Assembly (NCBI GenBank): GCA_963825135.1
Contig: CAWGRW010000009.1
Coordinates: 1,536,001 to 1,600,000 of the forward strand
Direction: 5' to 3'
Source: an uncultured bacterium
GTDB lineage: Bacteria > Desulfobacterota_D > UBA1144 > Nemesobacterales > UBA2774
DNA: 64,000 nucleotides
The position numbers and the translations under genes are program-made. Of this stretch, positions 29,073 to 40,221 are shown piece by piece (the first letter of the stretch is position 1; the number at the start of each line of letters is the position of its first letter). The notes beneath the pieces are model-generated. The model ran no database searches. It was not told the DNA's origin and was given only the letters and a program-made list of their open reading frames with translations.

Positions 29073-30008
29073 ATGAGAATTCTTCTTACGGGCGGCGCCG
29101 GGTTTATAGGGTCATGGGTTGCGGAAGAGTACATCGGGGCGGGTCATGAGGTCCTGGTCCTGGACGACCTTTCGACAGGGAAGATGGAGAATATCCCAGA
29201 GGGCGCGTCTTTCATAAAATGTGACATACGGGACGAGGACGCGGTCCGCGGTATTTTTTCCGATTTCCGTCCTGAGATAGTAAACCATCATGCCGCTCAA
29301 ATCGACGTAAGAAAATCCGTCGAGGACCCGGCATACGATGCCTCCGTAAATATCATCGGGACGATTCGACTCCTCGAGTCCTCCGTCAGGAGCGGAGTGA
29401 AGAGGTTCGTATTCGCATCGACCGGGGGCGCGATATACGGGGAGCCCGCGAGCCTGCCGGCCGATGAAAAAACCCCGCCTATGCCCATCTCTCCATACGG
29501 CACGTCTAAATATGCTGTAGAAAAATACCTCGAATACTACAATCACACCTATTCTCTTGACTACGTCGCTCTCAGGTACGCGAATGTCTACGGGCCTCGG
29601 CAGAACCCTCACGGGGAGGCGGGAGTTATTGCCATATTCTGCAGCCGCATACTCTCCGGACAGCCCTGCACGGTATTCGGGGACGGAACTCAGACGAGGG
29701 ACTACGTGTACGCGGGCGATGTAGCCAGCGCCAACCTGTGCGCTCTCGCGTCTCCCTCCGGAAGCTATAATATAGGGACACAGCTCGAGACCTCTGTGAA
29801 CGGCCTCATAACGGAGCTCGAGGCTGCTTCGGGATTAAATTTCATCGTGATGAACGCGGACGCCCGCGCGGGCGAAGTCGGAAGGATCAGCCTCGACGTG
29901 AGACTCGCCGGCAAGATACTCGGATGGGCGCCGAGCGTTTTTCTGGCGAAGGGAATAAAGAGTACGTGGGAGTGGTTTAAAGCAGGCTCTTCCGGAACTG
30001 AACGATAG
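29073..30008 (+). CDS. NAD-dependent epimerase/dehydratase (UDP-glucose 4-epimerase-like)
   Basis: TGGAGFIG, STGGAIYG, YGTSK, RYANVYGPRQ, RDYVY. Confidence 0.92.
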   Translation: MRILLTGGAGFIGSWVAEEYIGAGHEVLVLDDLSTGKMENIPEGASFIKCDIRDEDAVRGIFSDFRPEIVNHHAAQIDVRKSVEDPAYDASVNIIGTIRLLESSVRSGVKRFVFASTGGAIYGEPASLPADEKTPPMPISPYGTSKYAVEKYLEYYNHTYSLDYVALRYANVYGPRQNPHGEAGVIAIFCSRILSGQPCTVFGDGTQTRDYVYAGDVASANLCALASPSGSYNIGTQLETSVNGLITELEAASGLNFIVMNADARAGEVGRISLDVRLAGKILGWAPSVFLAKGIKSTWEWFKAGSSGTER

Positions 30009-30125
30009 GCCCCCCGGGAGTCTAAATTATCGTGCGGGCGGACAGGGCCGCCAATCTAACCCGGCGCGGCTTGATTGCGAATCGGGGTTGTTAAGGTATC
30101 CTTAACCAACTCGGAGGTTCAATTC

Positions 30126-30320
30126 ATGAAGAAGAAAGACGATTTTATTTACGACGTGAGGGTTGCCCAAAGGCACATCAAGGAAGGGATAATCGCGCAG
30201 AAGGATTATGATAAGTACTTAAACAATCTTGCCGACATGGAGGAGAACAGCGAGCCCCTTATTATCGAAGACGAAAATGAACAGAGCGGGGTAGAGCTCG
30301 ACGACGGTGATAAAGAATGA
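30126..30320 (+). CDS. Small hypothetical protein with an acidic tail
   Basis: GGAGG SD before ATG 30126; ATGA-type overlap with the next gene. Confidence 0.7.
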   Translation: MKKKDDFIYDVRVAQRHIKEGIIAQKDYDKYLNNLADMEENSEPLIIEDENEQSGVELDDGDKE

Positions 30321-30535
30321 ATTTAGTGAAATGGGATTATAAAGTTGTTTCCGTAGATAAACTCTTTCAGGTAAGCGAAGACCACGATATCGCCGTATCA
30401 AAAGACGCCGCTTCAGCCAGAAGGAATAAGGTGGGACAGGGGATGGAGGGCACGCTGAACCAGCTCGGCGAAGAGTCCTGGGAGCTGATCGCCATAGTCG
30501 GGGATTTCGGAATATTTAAAAAGCCCAAGAATTAA
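30317..30535 (+). CDS. DUF4177-like small protein
   Basis: WDYKVV ... LNQLGEE.WEL ... FKKP pattern. Confidence 0.75.
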   Translation: MNLVKWDYKVVSVDKLFQVSEDHDIAVSKDAASARRNKVGQGMEGTLNQLGEESWELIAIVGDFGIFKKPKN

Positions 30536-30561
30536 TTCGTCAGGCGTACACGCCTGCCGGA

Positions 30562-32094
30562 TCACTCCCACTCTATAGTGCTCGGGGGTTTGGTGGATAT
30601 GTCATAAACTACCCGGTTTACGCCCCTTACCTCGTTGATGATACGGACAGAAATTTTCTCCAGCAGATCATACGGTATGCGCGCCCATTTAGCCGTCATG
30701 CCGTCCAGGCTCGTTACCGCTCTAAGCGCAATGACGTTCTCATACGTCCTTTCATCTCCCATCACCCCTACTGTCTTCACGGGCACGAACACGCAGAACG
30801 CCTGCCAGATGTCGTCGTAGACGCCGCCTTTCTTGATCTCTTCCATGAATATCCAATCGGCCTGTCTAAGGATTTCGAGCCTCTCCTCATCTATCTCGCC
30901 GATGATCCGGATTCCGAGGCCGGGACCCGGGAAAGGATGACGGTTGAGGATCTCTCCGGGCACCCCGAGCTCATAACCCACAGTCCTTACCTCGTCCTTG
31001 AAAAGCTCCCTCAGGGGTTCGATAAGTTTCAGGTTCATCTTTTCAGGCAGTCCGCCCACGTTGTGATGCGATTTGATAGTCGCCGACGGGCCCTTGACGC
31101 TCACGCTCTCGATGACGTCCGGGTAGAGCGTCCCCTGCGCGAGGAACCTGGCGTCCTTGATTTTGGATGCCTCCTCTTCGAACACGTTGACGAACTCTTC
31201 GCCTATGATCTTCCTCTTCCTCTCGGGGTCGGTAACGCCCCTGAGCCTCTCCAGGAACCTCTTTCTCGCGTCCACGTGGACGAGGTTGAGACCCATGTGC
31301 CTGAACGACTCGACCACTTCCTCAGCCTCGTTCTGCCTGAGGAGTCCGGTATCGACGAATATGCAGCGGAGCTTGTCCCAGATGGCGCGCTGTATTATCA
31401 CGGCGGCCACTGCGGAGTCAACGCCCCCCGAGAGTCCGCATATCACGGTCGCGTCCCCGGCCTTCTCCCTGATATCGTTGATCGCGGTTTCAACGAAGGA
31501 CCTGGGCGTCCAGGTCCCGCTGCATCCCGCTATCTTAAAAAGGAAGTTCGATAATATTTCCCTGCCGAATTTCGTATGCACTACTTCGGGGTGGAACTGG
31601 GTTCCGTATATCTTCATCTCCCGGTTTTTCATAGCGGCTCTCGGGGAGTTCTCGCTCTCGGCGATGGAGACGAATCCCGGGGGCAGCTCGAGCACGCGGT
31701 CCCCGTGAGACATCCAGATATCGCTCGAGTCCGGGATGCCGCTCAGGAGGTCCAGTCCGTCTGTTATCTTTAGTGTCGCGGGTCCGAACTCGCGCATCTT
31801 CGACCGCTCTACGATCCCCCCGAGAAGAAGGGCCGTCAGCTGCATGCCGTAACAGATGCCGAGTATCGGGATACCCAGTCCGAATATCTCCCTGTCCACG
31901 GACGGAGCGTTATCGTCCCACACGCTTGCGGGACCTCCCGAAAAAATTACCGCTTTCGGTCCCATGTTCTTAATTTCTTCGAGCGGAACGCTGAAGGGTT
32001 TTATTTCCGAGTATACGCCCAGCTCTCTCACTCTCCTTGCGATGAGCTGCGTGTACTGTCCGCCGAAATCAAGGATTATTATGCTTTCGCGCAT
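30562..32094 (-). CDS. guaA: GMP synthase (glutamine-hydrolysing)
   Basis: [34 protein letters not shown]. Confidence 0.98.
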   Translation of the reverse strand: MRESIIILDFGGQYTQLIARRVRELGVYSEIKPFSVPLEEIKNMGPKAVIFSGGPASVWDDNAPSVDREIFGLGIPILGICYGMQLTALLLGGIVERSKMREFGPATLKITDGLDLLSGIPDSSDIWMSHGDRVLELPPGFVSIAESENSPRAAMKNREMKIYGTQFHPEVVHTKFGREILSNFLFKIAGCSGTWTPRSFVETAINDIREKAGDATVICGLSGGVDSAVAAVIIQRAIWDKLRCIFVDTGLLRQNEAEEVVESFRHMGLNLVHVDARKRFLERLRGVTDPERKRKIIGEEFVNVFEEEASKIKDARFLAQGTLYPDVIESVSVKGPSATIKSHHNVGGLPEKMNLKLIEPLRELFKDEVRTVGYELGVPGEILNRHPFPGPGLGIRIIGEIDEERLEILRQADWIFMEEIKKGGVYDDIWQAFCVFVPVKTVGVMGDERTYENVIALRAVTSLDGMTAKWARIPYDLLEKISVRIINEVRGVNRVVYDISTKPPSTIEWE

Positions 32095-32167
32095 ATTGCC
32101 TTTTGAATTAATTTATTTGTGCCGGTATTGATAAGACAGGTGAAAATACTTCACGGCTCGTGCGGAA

Positions 32168-33643
32168 TTACTCGATCCTGTAATTCGGAGCCTCTTTCGT
32201 AATGATTACGTCGTGGACGTGGCCCTCTTTGAGCCCTGCGTTCGTGACTTTGATAAATTTCCCGTTACTCCTGAGCTCATCTATCGTTCCGCACCCCGTA
32301 TAACCCATCCCCGCCCTGAGCCCGCCTATGAGCTGGTATATGGTGCCGCCTATGGGTCCCCTGGAGGGTATCCTCCCCTCGATCCCCTCGGGCACGAGTT
32401 TGGAATCTATCATGTCGTCCCCAAGGTTCTGCGCGTACCTGTCCTTGCTCCCTTTCTTCATGGCCTCGATCGATCCCATGCCCCTGTAAACCTTGTACGT
32501 CCTGCCCTGAAACAGGACGACTTCGCCGGGCGCTTCGTTGGTTCCGGCAAAGAGGTTCCCTATCATTACCGAATGCGCCCCCGCGGCTATGGCTTTTACG
32601 ACATCGCCCGAGTACTTGATCCCGCCGTCCGCGATCACCGGGATTCCGTGGAGTTCCGCCACCCTCGTTACGTCCTGTATGGCCGATACCTGAGGCACTC
32701 CTATGCCGGCTATCACACGCGTTGTGCATATCGAGCCCGGTCCCACGCCGACCTTTACTCCGTCGGCCCCGGCTTTTATTACGGCATCGGCGCCTTCTCC
32801 CGTACCGATATTGCCCGCGATCAGGTCGACGTCGGGGAAGTCTGATTTCGTGGCTTTTACCGCGTCTATCACCCTCTTCGAATGGCCGTGGGCCGTATCT
32901 ATGACGATCACGTCGCATCCGGCGTCGATGAGTGCTTGTATTCTCTCTTCCCTGTCGGGACCCACGCCCACAGCCGCCCCGCATCTGAGCCTGCCCATTC
33001 GGTCCTTGGATGCCGTAGGGTATTTCTCGATTTTCTCTATATCCTTCATCGTGATGAGCCCGCGGAGTCTGAATCCCTTATCCACTACGGGGAGCTTCTC
33101 AATTTTATATTTATGCAGGAGTTCCTTGGCTTCTTCGAGCGTAGTCCCCTCGCCTACGGTAATGAGTCTCTTCTTCGGGGTCATGACCTGCTCGACCTTG
33201 TAGTCGAGGTTCTTTTCGAACCTCAGGTCCCTGAACGTGATTATTCCGAGAAGCGTACCGTCTTCCTTCGTGACCGGCAGCCCCGTGATGTGCTGCTTCA
33301 GCATGATTTCGAGGGCGTCACTGACCTTGTGCCTGGGCCTGACCGTCAGGGGGTTTACTATCATCCCGCTTTCGTACTTTTTAACCCTTGTTACTTCCGC
33401 GGACTGCTCCGCTATGTCCAGGTTCCTGTGGATGATCCCTATGCCCCCTTCCTGCGCCATGGCTATTGCCGTGCTGGATTCGGTGACCGAGTCCATGGCC
33501 GCGCTGACGAGCGGTATGTTCAGCTTTATGTTCCTCGTGAGATGGGTCGAGACTACGGCCTCGTTCGGAAGAATTTCGGAATAGGACGGCACCAGAAGAA
33601 CGTCATCGAAAGTTAGACATTCTTCCACATTTTCAATGCGCAT
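32168..33643 (-). CDS. guaB: IMP dehydrogenase
   Basis: [16 protein letters not shown] pair, [15 protein letters not shown]. Confidence 0.98.
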   Translation of the reverse strand: MRIENVEECLTFDDVLLVPSYSEILPNEAVVSTHLTRNIKLNIPLVSAAMDSVTESSTAIAMAQEGGIGIIHRNLDIAEQSAEVTRVKKYESGMIVNPLTVRPRHKVSDALEIMLKQHITGLPVTKEDGTLLGIITFRDLRFEKNLDYKVEQVMTPKKRLITVGEGTTLEEAKELLHKYKIEKLPVVDKGFRLRGLITMKDIEKIEKYPTASKDRMGRLRCGAAVGVGPDREERIQALIDAGCDVIVIDTAHGHSKRVIDAVKATKSDFPDVDLIAGNIGTGEGADAVIKAGADGVKVGVGPGSICTTRVIAGIGVPQVSAIQDVTRVAELHGIPVIADGGIKYSGDVVKAIAAGAHSVMIGNLFAGTNEAPGEVVLFQGRTYKVYRGMGSIEAMKKGSKDRYAQNLGDDMIDSKLVPEGIEGRIPSRGPIGGTIYQLIGGLRAGMGYTGCGTIDELRSNGKFIKVTNAGLKEGHVHDVIITKEAPNYRIE

Positions 33644-33657
33644 AAATTTTACCCTTG

Positions 33658-34029
33658 TTACCTCTTGGATGAGGTTCTTTTAGCGGCGGTTTTTACCGGA
33701 GCTTTCTTTTTCTTGATCGCCGGGCTCGGGGCCTTTTTCTCTTCCGCGATCGAAATCAGCCTTGCCGGCGTCTTTACGATTTCGATTATCTTCTTTCTCA
33801 TTTCCGGCAGCGTGACGCCCAGCTCTATCTCGATTTCCTGGTCTTTTTCACCGAGGTTGATGAATACGGGCAGCACCCCTACATAGGTTCTGGAATCGAC
33901 CCTTTCGAAACCCAGAGCCTTGAGTAACTTTTTGGGAAGCGCGGGGAACTCGAGAGTCGCTATTTCCGCAGTTTCCTGCGGCAGAAGGCCGTCCTGGCTT
34001 ACACTTATTTTGAGACGGGTCGCTTTCAT
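33658..34029 (-). CDS. Hypothetical protein with a Lys/Ala-rich C-terminal tail
   Basis: GAGGG SD before ATG 34029; 14 bp gap to guaB. Confidence 0.7.
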   Translation of the reverse strand: MKATRLKISVSQDGLLPQETAEIATLEFPALPKKLLKALGFERVDSRTYVGVLPVFINLGEKDQEIEIELGVTLPEMRKKIIEIVKTPARLISIAEEKKAPSPAIKKKKAPVKTAAKRTSSKR

Positions 34030-34168
34030 ATATTCCCTCACCTGGTAAAGATGATAAACATCCCTTCCATAATTGATAATTAGTTAATTATACGCTCAAA
34101 ATGAATTTCTGTTTTTTCCCGAAATCTGATTGAAAGGTAAAACCCTATTACTGATTATTAAGTTGAAT

Positions 34169-34197
34169 ATTTTAATTGATTATACTGAATTAATCAA
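34169..34197 (-). promoter_or_regulatory. Putative sigma70 promoter with an overlapping dyad, for hypothetical-guaB-guaA
   Basis: TTGATT-17bp-TAAAAT on the minus strand; inverted repeat TTGATTA-8nt-TAATCAA (34176-34197). Confidence 0.45.
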
Positions 34198-34244
34198 GCG
34201 TAAACTCGCGGGGTGACCGTCGAAAAGTCAATACTTATCCTGTT

Positions 34245-35567
34245 TCAGGGGGAATCTTCGTAATCCGCTACTTCCAGGTTGTATTTGAGACCGAGCATCC
34301 TTTCCGACGCCGGGAAAACAGAGTAGAAGGGTACGGATTCGCCCGGCTGTATGTTTGTGTCGAGTCCGGCCAGTTTTTCCGGGTTATAAAAATCGATGTT
34401 TCCGGACCTCTTTTTGAGCTTGAGGAGGGTGTCGCCGAGGGCGGATACCTTGAGCTCGTTTTCGGTAAAGGTGTTGCCGGCGTACACTACGTTGTCGTAC
34501 ACGACCTGACCTTCCGATATGAACTCGCTTTTTATTTTGATGTAATTCACCGCGTGGGCCGATTCGTTAGTCACGGCGCCCGTTATCACGTACATGGGTC
34601 CGTTTCTGGTGTCGAGCCATTTACCGCTGTGGGCGGTTATCCTGACCTCGTCCGTCGAATGCCCGCCCAGGCTTGCCGGTACGAGCGATTCGACCAGCCT
34701 CTCTACTTTCGCGGCGCTTTCTTTCGGGATAACCCCCGAGTTTAACAATATGATATACGCGGATGCAACAATTACGCAGAAGACGATTACCGCGAGCAGG
34801 GTGTATGCGAGTCTCGCAAATACGCCGCCACCGGATTTGGATCTCGCGGAATGTACCCTGAACGAGTCGTGAATTGACGGTCTTTGGCCTGCGTGATAGC
34901 CCGTTGCGGCGTGCGGGTTGCCGGAAAGCACGCCCATGTCCACGCTCAGGCGTTCGTGCGCGGTCCCCGGGTAAACCCGCTCTCTCGACGGCTCTTCCCG
35001 GGAGGGCGCATAGGTTTCGGGCTCATGGGGTATCCCCTCGTCGCGCATTATATCGAGCCCGTCACCCTCGAATCCTTCGTCTTCGAACATCCTGGGGACG
35101 GAACTTACGGCTTCTACCGGTTCATCATTTATCCTGAGCCCTTCCCAATTGAATTCCGATTCCTGTTTTCTTATGTCATGGTTGTCTTTTATTCTGAAAT
35201 CGTCCGGGTCCTTTTCCGTCTTGCTTATGTTAACGAATTTCTCCCAGTTGCCTCCATCGCCTGCCGGGGGCTCCGCATACTGACCGCCTTGATGCCCTTC
35301 TTCCTCTTCCGGTTTCTTTGTCCGTTCGTTCACTATCGGATACCTGAATTCGAAACCTTGAACCTCGTCCGCCGGTTCTTCAATTTCGGTCTCCTTCGGA
35401 GGCAGAAAGGATTGCGCAGGGTCGGGAGCTCCCGTGCCGAATATCCCTGTTTTTTCGACGTAGGAGATGTGGCCGCACTCCGAACATCTGACCTTGCTTC
35501 CGGGCGGAGCGATCCTGGAATCGTCTATATTGAATCTTCTCTTGCACTTATCGCACTCGATTATCAC
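34245..35567 (-). CDS. Zinc-ribbon (MJ0042-type) / DUF3426-like membrane protein
   Basis: CDKC...VRCSEC, acidic linker, single TM, C-terminal ITG.V.N...PGE..PF domain. Confidence 0.85.
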   Translation of the reverse strand: MIIECDKCKRRFNIDDSRIAPPGSKVRCSECGHISYVEKTGIFGTGAPDPAQSFLPPKETEIEEPADEVQGFEFRYPIVNERTKKPEEEEGHQGGQYAEPPAGDGGNWEKFVNISKTEKDPDDFRIKDNHDIRKQESEFNWEGLRINDEPVEAVSSVPRMFEDEGFEGDGLDIMRDEGIPHEPETYAPSREEPSRERVYPGTAHERLSVDMGVLSGNPHAATGYHAGQRPSIHDSFRVHSARSKSGGGVFARLAYTLLAVIVFCVIVASAYIILLNSGVIPKESAAKVERLVESLVPASLGGHSTDEVRITAHSGKWLDTRNGPMYVITGAVTNESAHAVNYIKIKSEFISEGQVVYDNVVYAGNTFTENELKVSALGDTLLKLKKRSGNIDFYNPEKLAGLDTNIQPGESVPFYSVFPASERMLGLKYNLEVADYEDSP

Positions 35568-35799
35568 GGCTTGCCTTTTGCCCGATATATTTCTAATAAT
35601 TTGGAGTCGTTACATTGTCAAAATTAATGCTAACTTGAAAGCAAGTCAATACTTCCAAAATAGATCGGTTCCGGGAGGAGGCCCGACGACTCTCTTTTAT
35701 TAGAGTTTATTCGTGTCCGAGAGGCTCAAACCATTTAACAAATAAGATATCCTGTAAAATTGTATCATAAGATAGATACGATTCATTAGGCCGGATCCG

Positions 35800-36792
35800 G
35801 TGATGATATATTCCATACTAGCTGTTCTGACCGTCTCGATCCTCAGGATTGCAGCGGGAGCGGGCTTCGCGGGAGAAGAGGCCATAGAGAGGGTCCAGTA
35901 CCACATGGGTACGTATGCCCGCGTGATGATATTCGGCGGCACGGAGGCCGACGCCGACGCCGCTTTTCTACGGATTAAGGAGCTCGACGAACTCCTGTCC
36001 GATTATGATCCCGGCAGCGAGATATCGAGGATAAGCGCAATGGCGGGGAAAAAGCCCGTGAAGGTCAGCCCGGAAGTGCTCGAGGTCTTGAGGGAGGCGA
36101 TATACGTCGCCGGGGAGACCGGCGGGGCTTTCGATCCGACAATCGGGGCCCTCACCATCGGAGTTTACCGGTTCGGCAGGGGAGGGGACACGGTCCCCGG
36201 GGATAAGGAGATAGACGAAGCGAAGTCGCTCGTCAATTTCAGGGACTTGCATATACAAGGGGACGAAGTCTATCTGGAGAGGGAAGGCATGATGCTCGAC
36301 CTCGGTGGTATAGGCAAGGGATATGCCGTCGAGAAGGCTGTCCGGGTCCTTAAGCAGAGGGGTGTTAAAAGGGGAACGGTCTCTCTGTCGGGCGACATAA
36401 AGGTCTTCGGCGGCGATATGGAGATTGGTATCCAGAACCCCGGGGGTGAAGGAAGCATAGCCTCGTTCCATACCGGTACGGGAGAGCTCGCCATATCCAC
36501 TAGCGGAGGATACGAGAGGGTCATCGATCCCGGCGGCAAGGCGGTTCATCATCTGCTTGTCCCGGCTACCGGGAAGCCGGGCCGCGATTTTCTGAGCGTT
36601 ACGGTGGTTCTCGACGGGGACAGCGCGCTTGCCGATGCCTACGCGACGTCGCTCTACGTCATGGGAAAAGAAAAGTCCATGGAATTCTTAAAAAAGCATC
36701 CGGAGATCGGGGTTTTTATAGTCTTTCCGAACAGGGAGCTATACTATAATGAAAGGTTTAAGAGTCTGGTAGAGGACTTTGACATACCCTGA
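35800..36792 (+). CDS. apbE: FAD:protein FMN transferase
   Basis: MGT, FDPT, DLGGIGKGYA, STSG.YER, ADAYAT. Confidence 0.93.
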   Translation: MMIYSILAVLTVSILRIAAGAGFAGEEAIERVQYHMGTYARVMIFGGTEADADAAFLRIKELDELLSDYDPGSEISRISAMAGKKPVKVSPEVLEVLREAIYVAGETGGAFDPTIGALTIGVYRFGRGGDTVPGDKEIDEAKSLVNFRDLHIQGDEVYLEREGMMLDLGGIGKGYAVEKAVRVLKQRGVKRGTVSLSGDIKVFGGDMEIGIQNPGGEGSIASFHTGTGELAISTSGGYERVIDPGGKAVHHLLVPATGKPGRDFLSVTVVLDGDSALADAYATSLYVMGKEKSMEFLKKHPEIGVFIVFPNRELYYNERFKSLVEDFDIP

Positions 36793-36912
36793 CATACATA
36801 ATAAGGAATATTACATATACACAATTTCCACTGATTCCCGATATGCAAATATTGTGCAATGATAGGGTGTTCCCGCTCGATTTTATGGGGTGAGAGCGCG
36901 AGCCCCCTTTAT

Positions 36913-36942
36913 TTGACAAAACCTGACTGTCGCTTATATTGT
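36913..36942 (+). promoter_or_regulatory. sigma70 promoter of the rib operon
   Basis: TTGACA followed by TATATT (16 bp spacer) or TATTGT (18 bp spacer). Confidence 0.55.
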
Positions 36943-37005
36943 AAATCGGATAACCTCTACAAAATATAAGCATTATAAATTATTAGGGTTGAGGTAGAAG
37001 AAATT

Positions 37006-38214
37006 ATGCCTATTGGTTCCATAGATGAAGCCCTTGCGGATATAAAAGTCGGTAAGATGGTTATACTCGTCGACGATAAGGACAGGGAGAATGAGGGTGA
37101 CCTTGTCGTTGCCGCCGAGTATGCGAGTCCGGAGACGATTAATTTTATGGCGAAGCACGGAAGGGGCCTCGTCTGTCTCGCTCTTACGAAGGAGAATGCA
37201 GACCGTATAGGCCTTCAGCCTATAAAGCCCGAATATAATCCGGTTCCCCAATATACGGCGTTTACCATTTCGATCGACGCGAGCCACGGTATAACCACCG
37301 GCATCTCCGCCTACGACAGGGCCTCGACGATCCGTCTTGCAATATCCGATGAATCCAGGGCGGAGGATTTCATTCGCCCGGGGCACGTCTTCCCGCTCAT
37401 ATGCAGGAAGGGGGGAGTGCTTGTAAGGGCGGGGCATACGGAAGGCTCGGTAGACCTTGCGCGCCTCGCGGGGCTTAGATCGGCCGCGGTAATATGTGAA
37501 ATCATGAATGACGACGGGGATATGGCAAGACTCCCAGATCTCGAGAAGTTTGCCGAGACCCATAACATCAAGATTGCCTCTATTGCCGACTTGATAAGTT
37601 ACCGGCTCAGGGCCGAGAGCCTGGTCAGAAGAGCCGCGTCAGCCGTGATCCCGACAGAATACGGAGAATTTAAGATAATCGTATATGAAAGCGAGATTGA
37701 TCCCCAGCACCACGTCGCGTTCGTCAAGGGCGACATAAACCCGGATAACAATGTGCTCGTCCGCGTCCATTCCGAATGCCTGACCAGCGACGTTTTCGGC
37801 TCGCTCAGGTGCGACTGCGGCTCTCAGATTAAGCAGGCCATGAAGATTATAAATGAAGAGGGCACGGGTGTTATACTTTATATGAGGCAGGAAGGGCGGG
37901 GCATCGGCCTCATAAACAAGATAAAGGCCTATGCTCTTCAGGACGACGGGTTCGACACGGTAGAAGCGAACGAGGTACTGGGATTTAAACCCGACCTCAG
38001 GGACTACGGAATAGGCGCACAGATACTACTCGACCTGGGGGTCAGGAACATGAAGCTCCTGACGAATAATCCGAAGAAAATAAAGGGCCTCGAGGGGTTC
38101 GGCCTTCAGATAGTCGAGCGAGTCCCCATAGAGATACCGCCTAACGGACGGAACTCGAGTTATTTAAAGGTGAAGAAGGACAAGCTCGGACACCTGCTTT
38201 CCATGGTTGATTGA
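37006..38214 (+). CDS. ribBA: DHBP synthase / GTP cyclohydrolase II
   Basis: DRENEGD, RPGHVFPL, RVHSEC, CDC, QEGRGIG, TNNP. Confidence 0.97.
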   Translation: MPIGSIDEALADIKVGKMVILVDDKDRENEGDLVVAAEYASPETINFMAKHGRGLVCLALTKENADRIGLQPIKPEYNPVPQYTAFTISIDASHGITTGISAYDRASTIRLAISDESRAEDFIRPGHVFPLICRKGGVLVRAGHTEGSVDLARLAGLRSAAVICEIMNDDGDMARLPDLEKFAETHNIKIASIADLISYRLRAESLVRRAASAVIPTEYGEFKIIVYESEIDPQHHVAFVKGDINPDNNVLVRVHSECLTSDVFGSLRCDCGSQIKQAMKIINEEGTGVILYMRQEGRGIGLINKIKAYALQDDGFDTVEANEVLGFKPDLRDYGIGAQILLDLGVRNMKLLTNNPKKIKGLEGFGLQIVERVPIEIPPNGRNSSYLKVKKDKLGHLLSMVD

Positions 38215-38243
38215 AGCAGCGGTCGATTGAAGAGGAGAAAACA

Positions 38244-38720
38244 ATGCCTAAAAAATATGAGGGCAATCTCGACGCGAAGGGGCTTAAGTTTGCTGTAGTC
38301 GTCAGCAGGTTCAATGACTTCATCACGGAAAGGCTCGTAAGCGGCGCGGTCGACGTGCTTCTCAGGCATAACGCCTCCGACGATGACATAGACCTCATTC
38401 GGGTCCCCGGATCGTACGAGCTGCTTTATGCGGTAAAAAAAGCTGCGGAGAGGAAGAAATATAACGCGATAATTGTTTTGGGAGCCATCATCAAGGGCGA
38501 GACCCCTCACTTTAATTACCTGGCTTCAACCGTTTCTTCTTCGATTGCCTCCATAAGCCTGGAGATGGATGTCCCCGTGGCCTCGGGCGTTCTGACTACC
38601 GAAACACTTCAGCAGGCCATGGAAAGGGCCGGTTCAAAGGCAGGGAACCGGGGTGCGGAAGCCGCGTACTCCGCGATTGAAATGGCTAATCTCATAAAAA
38701 TTCTTTCCCGAAAAGGGTAG
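38244..38720 (+). CDS. ribH: 6,7-dimethyl-8-ribityllumazine synthase
   Basis: SRFN, VPGS.E, GETPHF; GAGGAG SD before ATG 38244. Confidence 0.95.
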   Translation: MPKKYEGNLDAKGLKFAVVVSRFNDFITERLVSGAVDVLLRHNASDDDIDLIRVPGSYELLYAVKKAAERKKYNAIIVLGAIIKGETPHFNYLASTVSSSIASISLEMDVPVASGVLTTETLQQAMERAGSKAGNRGAEAAYSAIEMANLIKILSRKG

Positions 38721-38730
38721 TAGCCTCCAG

Positions 38731-39174
38731 ATGGGTATAAGGAGACGCTCGAGGGAGCTAGCGCTCCAATTCCTGTATCAATACGATGCGTTGACCGAGT
38801 CTTCAGGGGATCCCTCCCTGTCGCCCGAGGAACAGCTTTCGCTTTTTTGGGAGAGCAGCGATTCCCCCGTACAGGAGGACATGAAAGAATTTTCCTCCGT
38901 CCTCATACTCGGCACGCGCAAGAACCTCCCCCATATCGATGATGTCCTCACCAGGTTTTCTGAGAATTGGAGGCTTTCGAGGATGTCGAAGATTGACAGG
39001 AACATCTTACGCCTGTCTATTTACGAGCTGATGTACCTGAGCGACATACCCCCCGTCGTTACAATAAACGAGGCCGTCGAGCTCGGCAAAAGGTTCGGCA
39101 CCGAGGAGTCGGGTTCATTCATAAATGGAATACTCGATAAGATCAGGATAGCCCGGGAGGAAGGTGAGCTGTAA
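38731..39174 (+). CDS. nusB: Transcription antitermination factor NusB
   Basis: RRRSRELALQ, DRNILR, INEAVEL, FINGILD. Confidence 0.95.
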   Translation: MGIRRRSRELALQFLYQYDALTESSGDPSLSPEEQLSLFWESSDSPVQEDMKEFSSVLILGTRKNLPHIDDVLTRFSENWRLSRMSKIDRNILRLSIYELMYLSDIPPVVTINEAVELGKRFGTEESGSFINGILDKIRIAREEGEL

Positions 39175-40197
39175 ATGATTAAGAAAGCGATAGCTAAGGT
39201 CGTTGAGCGGATCGACCTCGAGGAAGACGAGATGTCGGAAGTCGTGGAGATGATGATGGAGGGAGAGGCTACGCCCGGTCAGATTTCCGCTTTCCTGGTC
39301 GCTCTCAGGATGAAGGGCGAATCAGTGGCGGAGATAACGGGAGCGGCGAAGGTGATGCTGGATAAGGCGACCAAGATAGAATCCTCGCGCGAGGTTATCG
39401 TGGATCTCTGCGGGACGGGCGGGGACAGGCAGGGGACCTTCAACGTTTCAACCGCCGCCGCTTTTGTCGTAGCGGGCGCGGGAGTCCCGGTTGCCAAGCA
39501 CGGGAACCGCTCCGTATCGAGCTATGTCGGCAGCGCCGACGTGCTCGAAGCCCTCGGAGTGGATATTAACCATTCGATCGAAGTCGCTCGTAAATGCCTC
39601 GACGAGGCTGGAATCGTATTCCTGTTCGCGCCTCTTTACCACCCCGCTATGAAAAACGTCGCCGGGCCGAGAAAAGAGATCGGCGTAAGGACGGTGTTCA
39701 ATATCCTGGGCCCTATCGTGAACCCCGCAGGCGTCAGGCATCAGGTCGTGGGCGTCTATTCGGAAGTGCTCCTCGACCCCGTTGTGAAGGTGCTCAGGAA
39801 CCTCGGGCACAAGAGCGCCATGGTGGTTCACGGCTCCGACTCCATGGACGAGATTACGGTGACGGGCAAGACTGTCGTGGCCGAGCTCAGGGACGGTATG
39901 GTGAAGAAGTACCAGTTCGACCCGGCCGACATCGGTATAAAAAAATGGAGTATCAACGACCTCAAGGGCGGGCGCACCGCGAAGGAGAATGCGCGCATTT
40001 TCATGTCGATCCTTAAAGGCGAGGAGAAGGAAGCGAAGAGGGATATAGTTTTGATAAACGCGGCCGCCGCGATCTACGTTTCCGAAACGAGCCCCGATAT
40101 AACAGAGTCGCTCGAGCGCGCGGTCGATTCTCTCGAATCAGGCAAGGCTCTGTCGAAGTTTGAGGAGCTTGCGAGGATTACAAAACAGCAAATCTAA
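39175..40197 (+). CDS. trpD: Anthranilate phosphoribosyltransferase
   Basis: GTGGD, NVST, KHGNRS, HPAM. Confidence 0.96.
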   Translation: MIKKAIAKVVERIDLEEDEMSEVVEMMMEGEATPGQISAFLVALRMKGESVAEITGAAKVMLDKATKIESSREVIVDLCGTGGDRQGTFNVSTAAAFVVAGAGVPVAKHGNRSVSSYVGSADVLEALGVDINHSIEVARKCLDEAGIVFLFAPLYHPAMKNVAGPRKEIGVRTVFNILGPIVNPAGVRHQVVGVYSEVLLDPVVKVLRNLGHKSAMVVHGSDSMDEITVTGKTVVAELRDGMVKKYQFDPADIGIKKWSINDLKGGRTAKENARIFMSILKGEEKEAKRDIVLINAAAAIYVSETSPDITESLERAVDSLESGKALSKFEELARITKQQI

Positions 40198-40221
40198 CCT
40201 GTATCCGGGCGTTTCATCAAA

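Noticed and set aside
36793..37005. Possible FMN riboswitch upstream of ribBA
   Set aside because: No RFN consensus segments seen, and the promoter leaves only about 60 nt of leader
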